A DNA stretch of 64,000 nucleotides from Felis catus. Taxonomy: Eukaryota. Numbering within the stretch: the first letter of the stretch is position 1; each line of letters starts with the position of its first letter. Position numbers and translations under genes: made by a program. The notes below the pieces were generated by a model. The model did not search any database. It was not told the DNA's origin and saw only the letters and a program-made list of their open reading frames with translations. Shown piece by piece: positions 63,901 to 64,000 of the stretch. The stretch covers positions 215,266,001-215,330,000 of the forward strand of contig NC_058368.1 in NCBI RefSeq assembly GCF_018350175.1, read 5' to 3'.

Positions 63901-64000
63901 CTTTTCTTATCCCGTACCTACCAATGACCCAGGCTTCTATGACTGATTTATAAGCACCATATATGTCTCATTCTTTACTCTCATTCCTATGCACCCTGTG

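Noticed and set aside
1..64000. Protein-coding genes among the six-frame ORFs
   Set aside because: All are 116 aa or shorter. Many are recurring SINE translations (AQVMIS...GSVLTAQS), microsatellite translations or L1/LTR fragments, and the rest resemble no protein I recognise.

Overview
AT-rich, repeat-dense mammalian non-coding DNA, almost certainly from a felid. It carries 18 tRNA-derived carnivore SINEs (CanSINE/SINEC), three with the young cat-type head GGGGCGCCTGGGTGGCGCAGTCGGTTAAGCGTCCGACT. I can support no protein-coding gene, RNA gene or CpG island. The ORF track is mostly SINE, L1, LTR or microsatellite translation, and the remainder resembles no protein I recognise. The window is a layered transposon record: ERVL and MaLR LTRs with internal remnants, ERV1-type solo LTRs, L1 fragments of several ages, L2/MIR, hAT and Tigger DNA elements, and many microsatellites. 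Family names come from recalled consensus motifs, not a database search, so subfamily calls and most old-element boundaries are approximate. The most notable observations are: an ERVL remnant whose pol segment is inverted relative to its LTR-gag; a 27-bp perfect hairpin inside a (TA)n tract; a recent 70-bp tandem duplication; a triple nested SINE cluster; an RFX/CCAAT motif cluster near a splice-compatible 100-bp segment; and a TCF+SOX motif pair in a repeat-poor block. I found no evidence of a new biological system.
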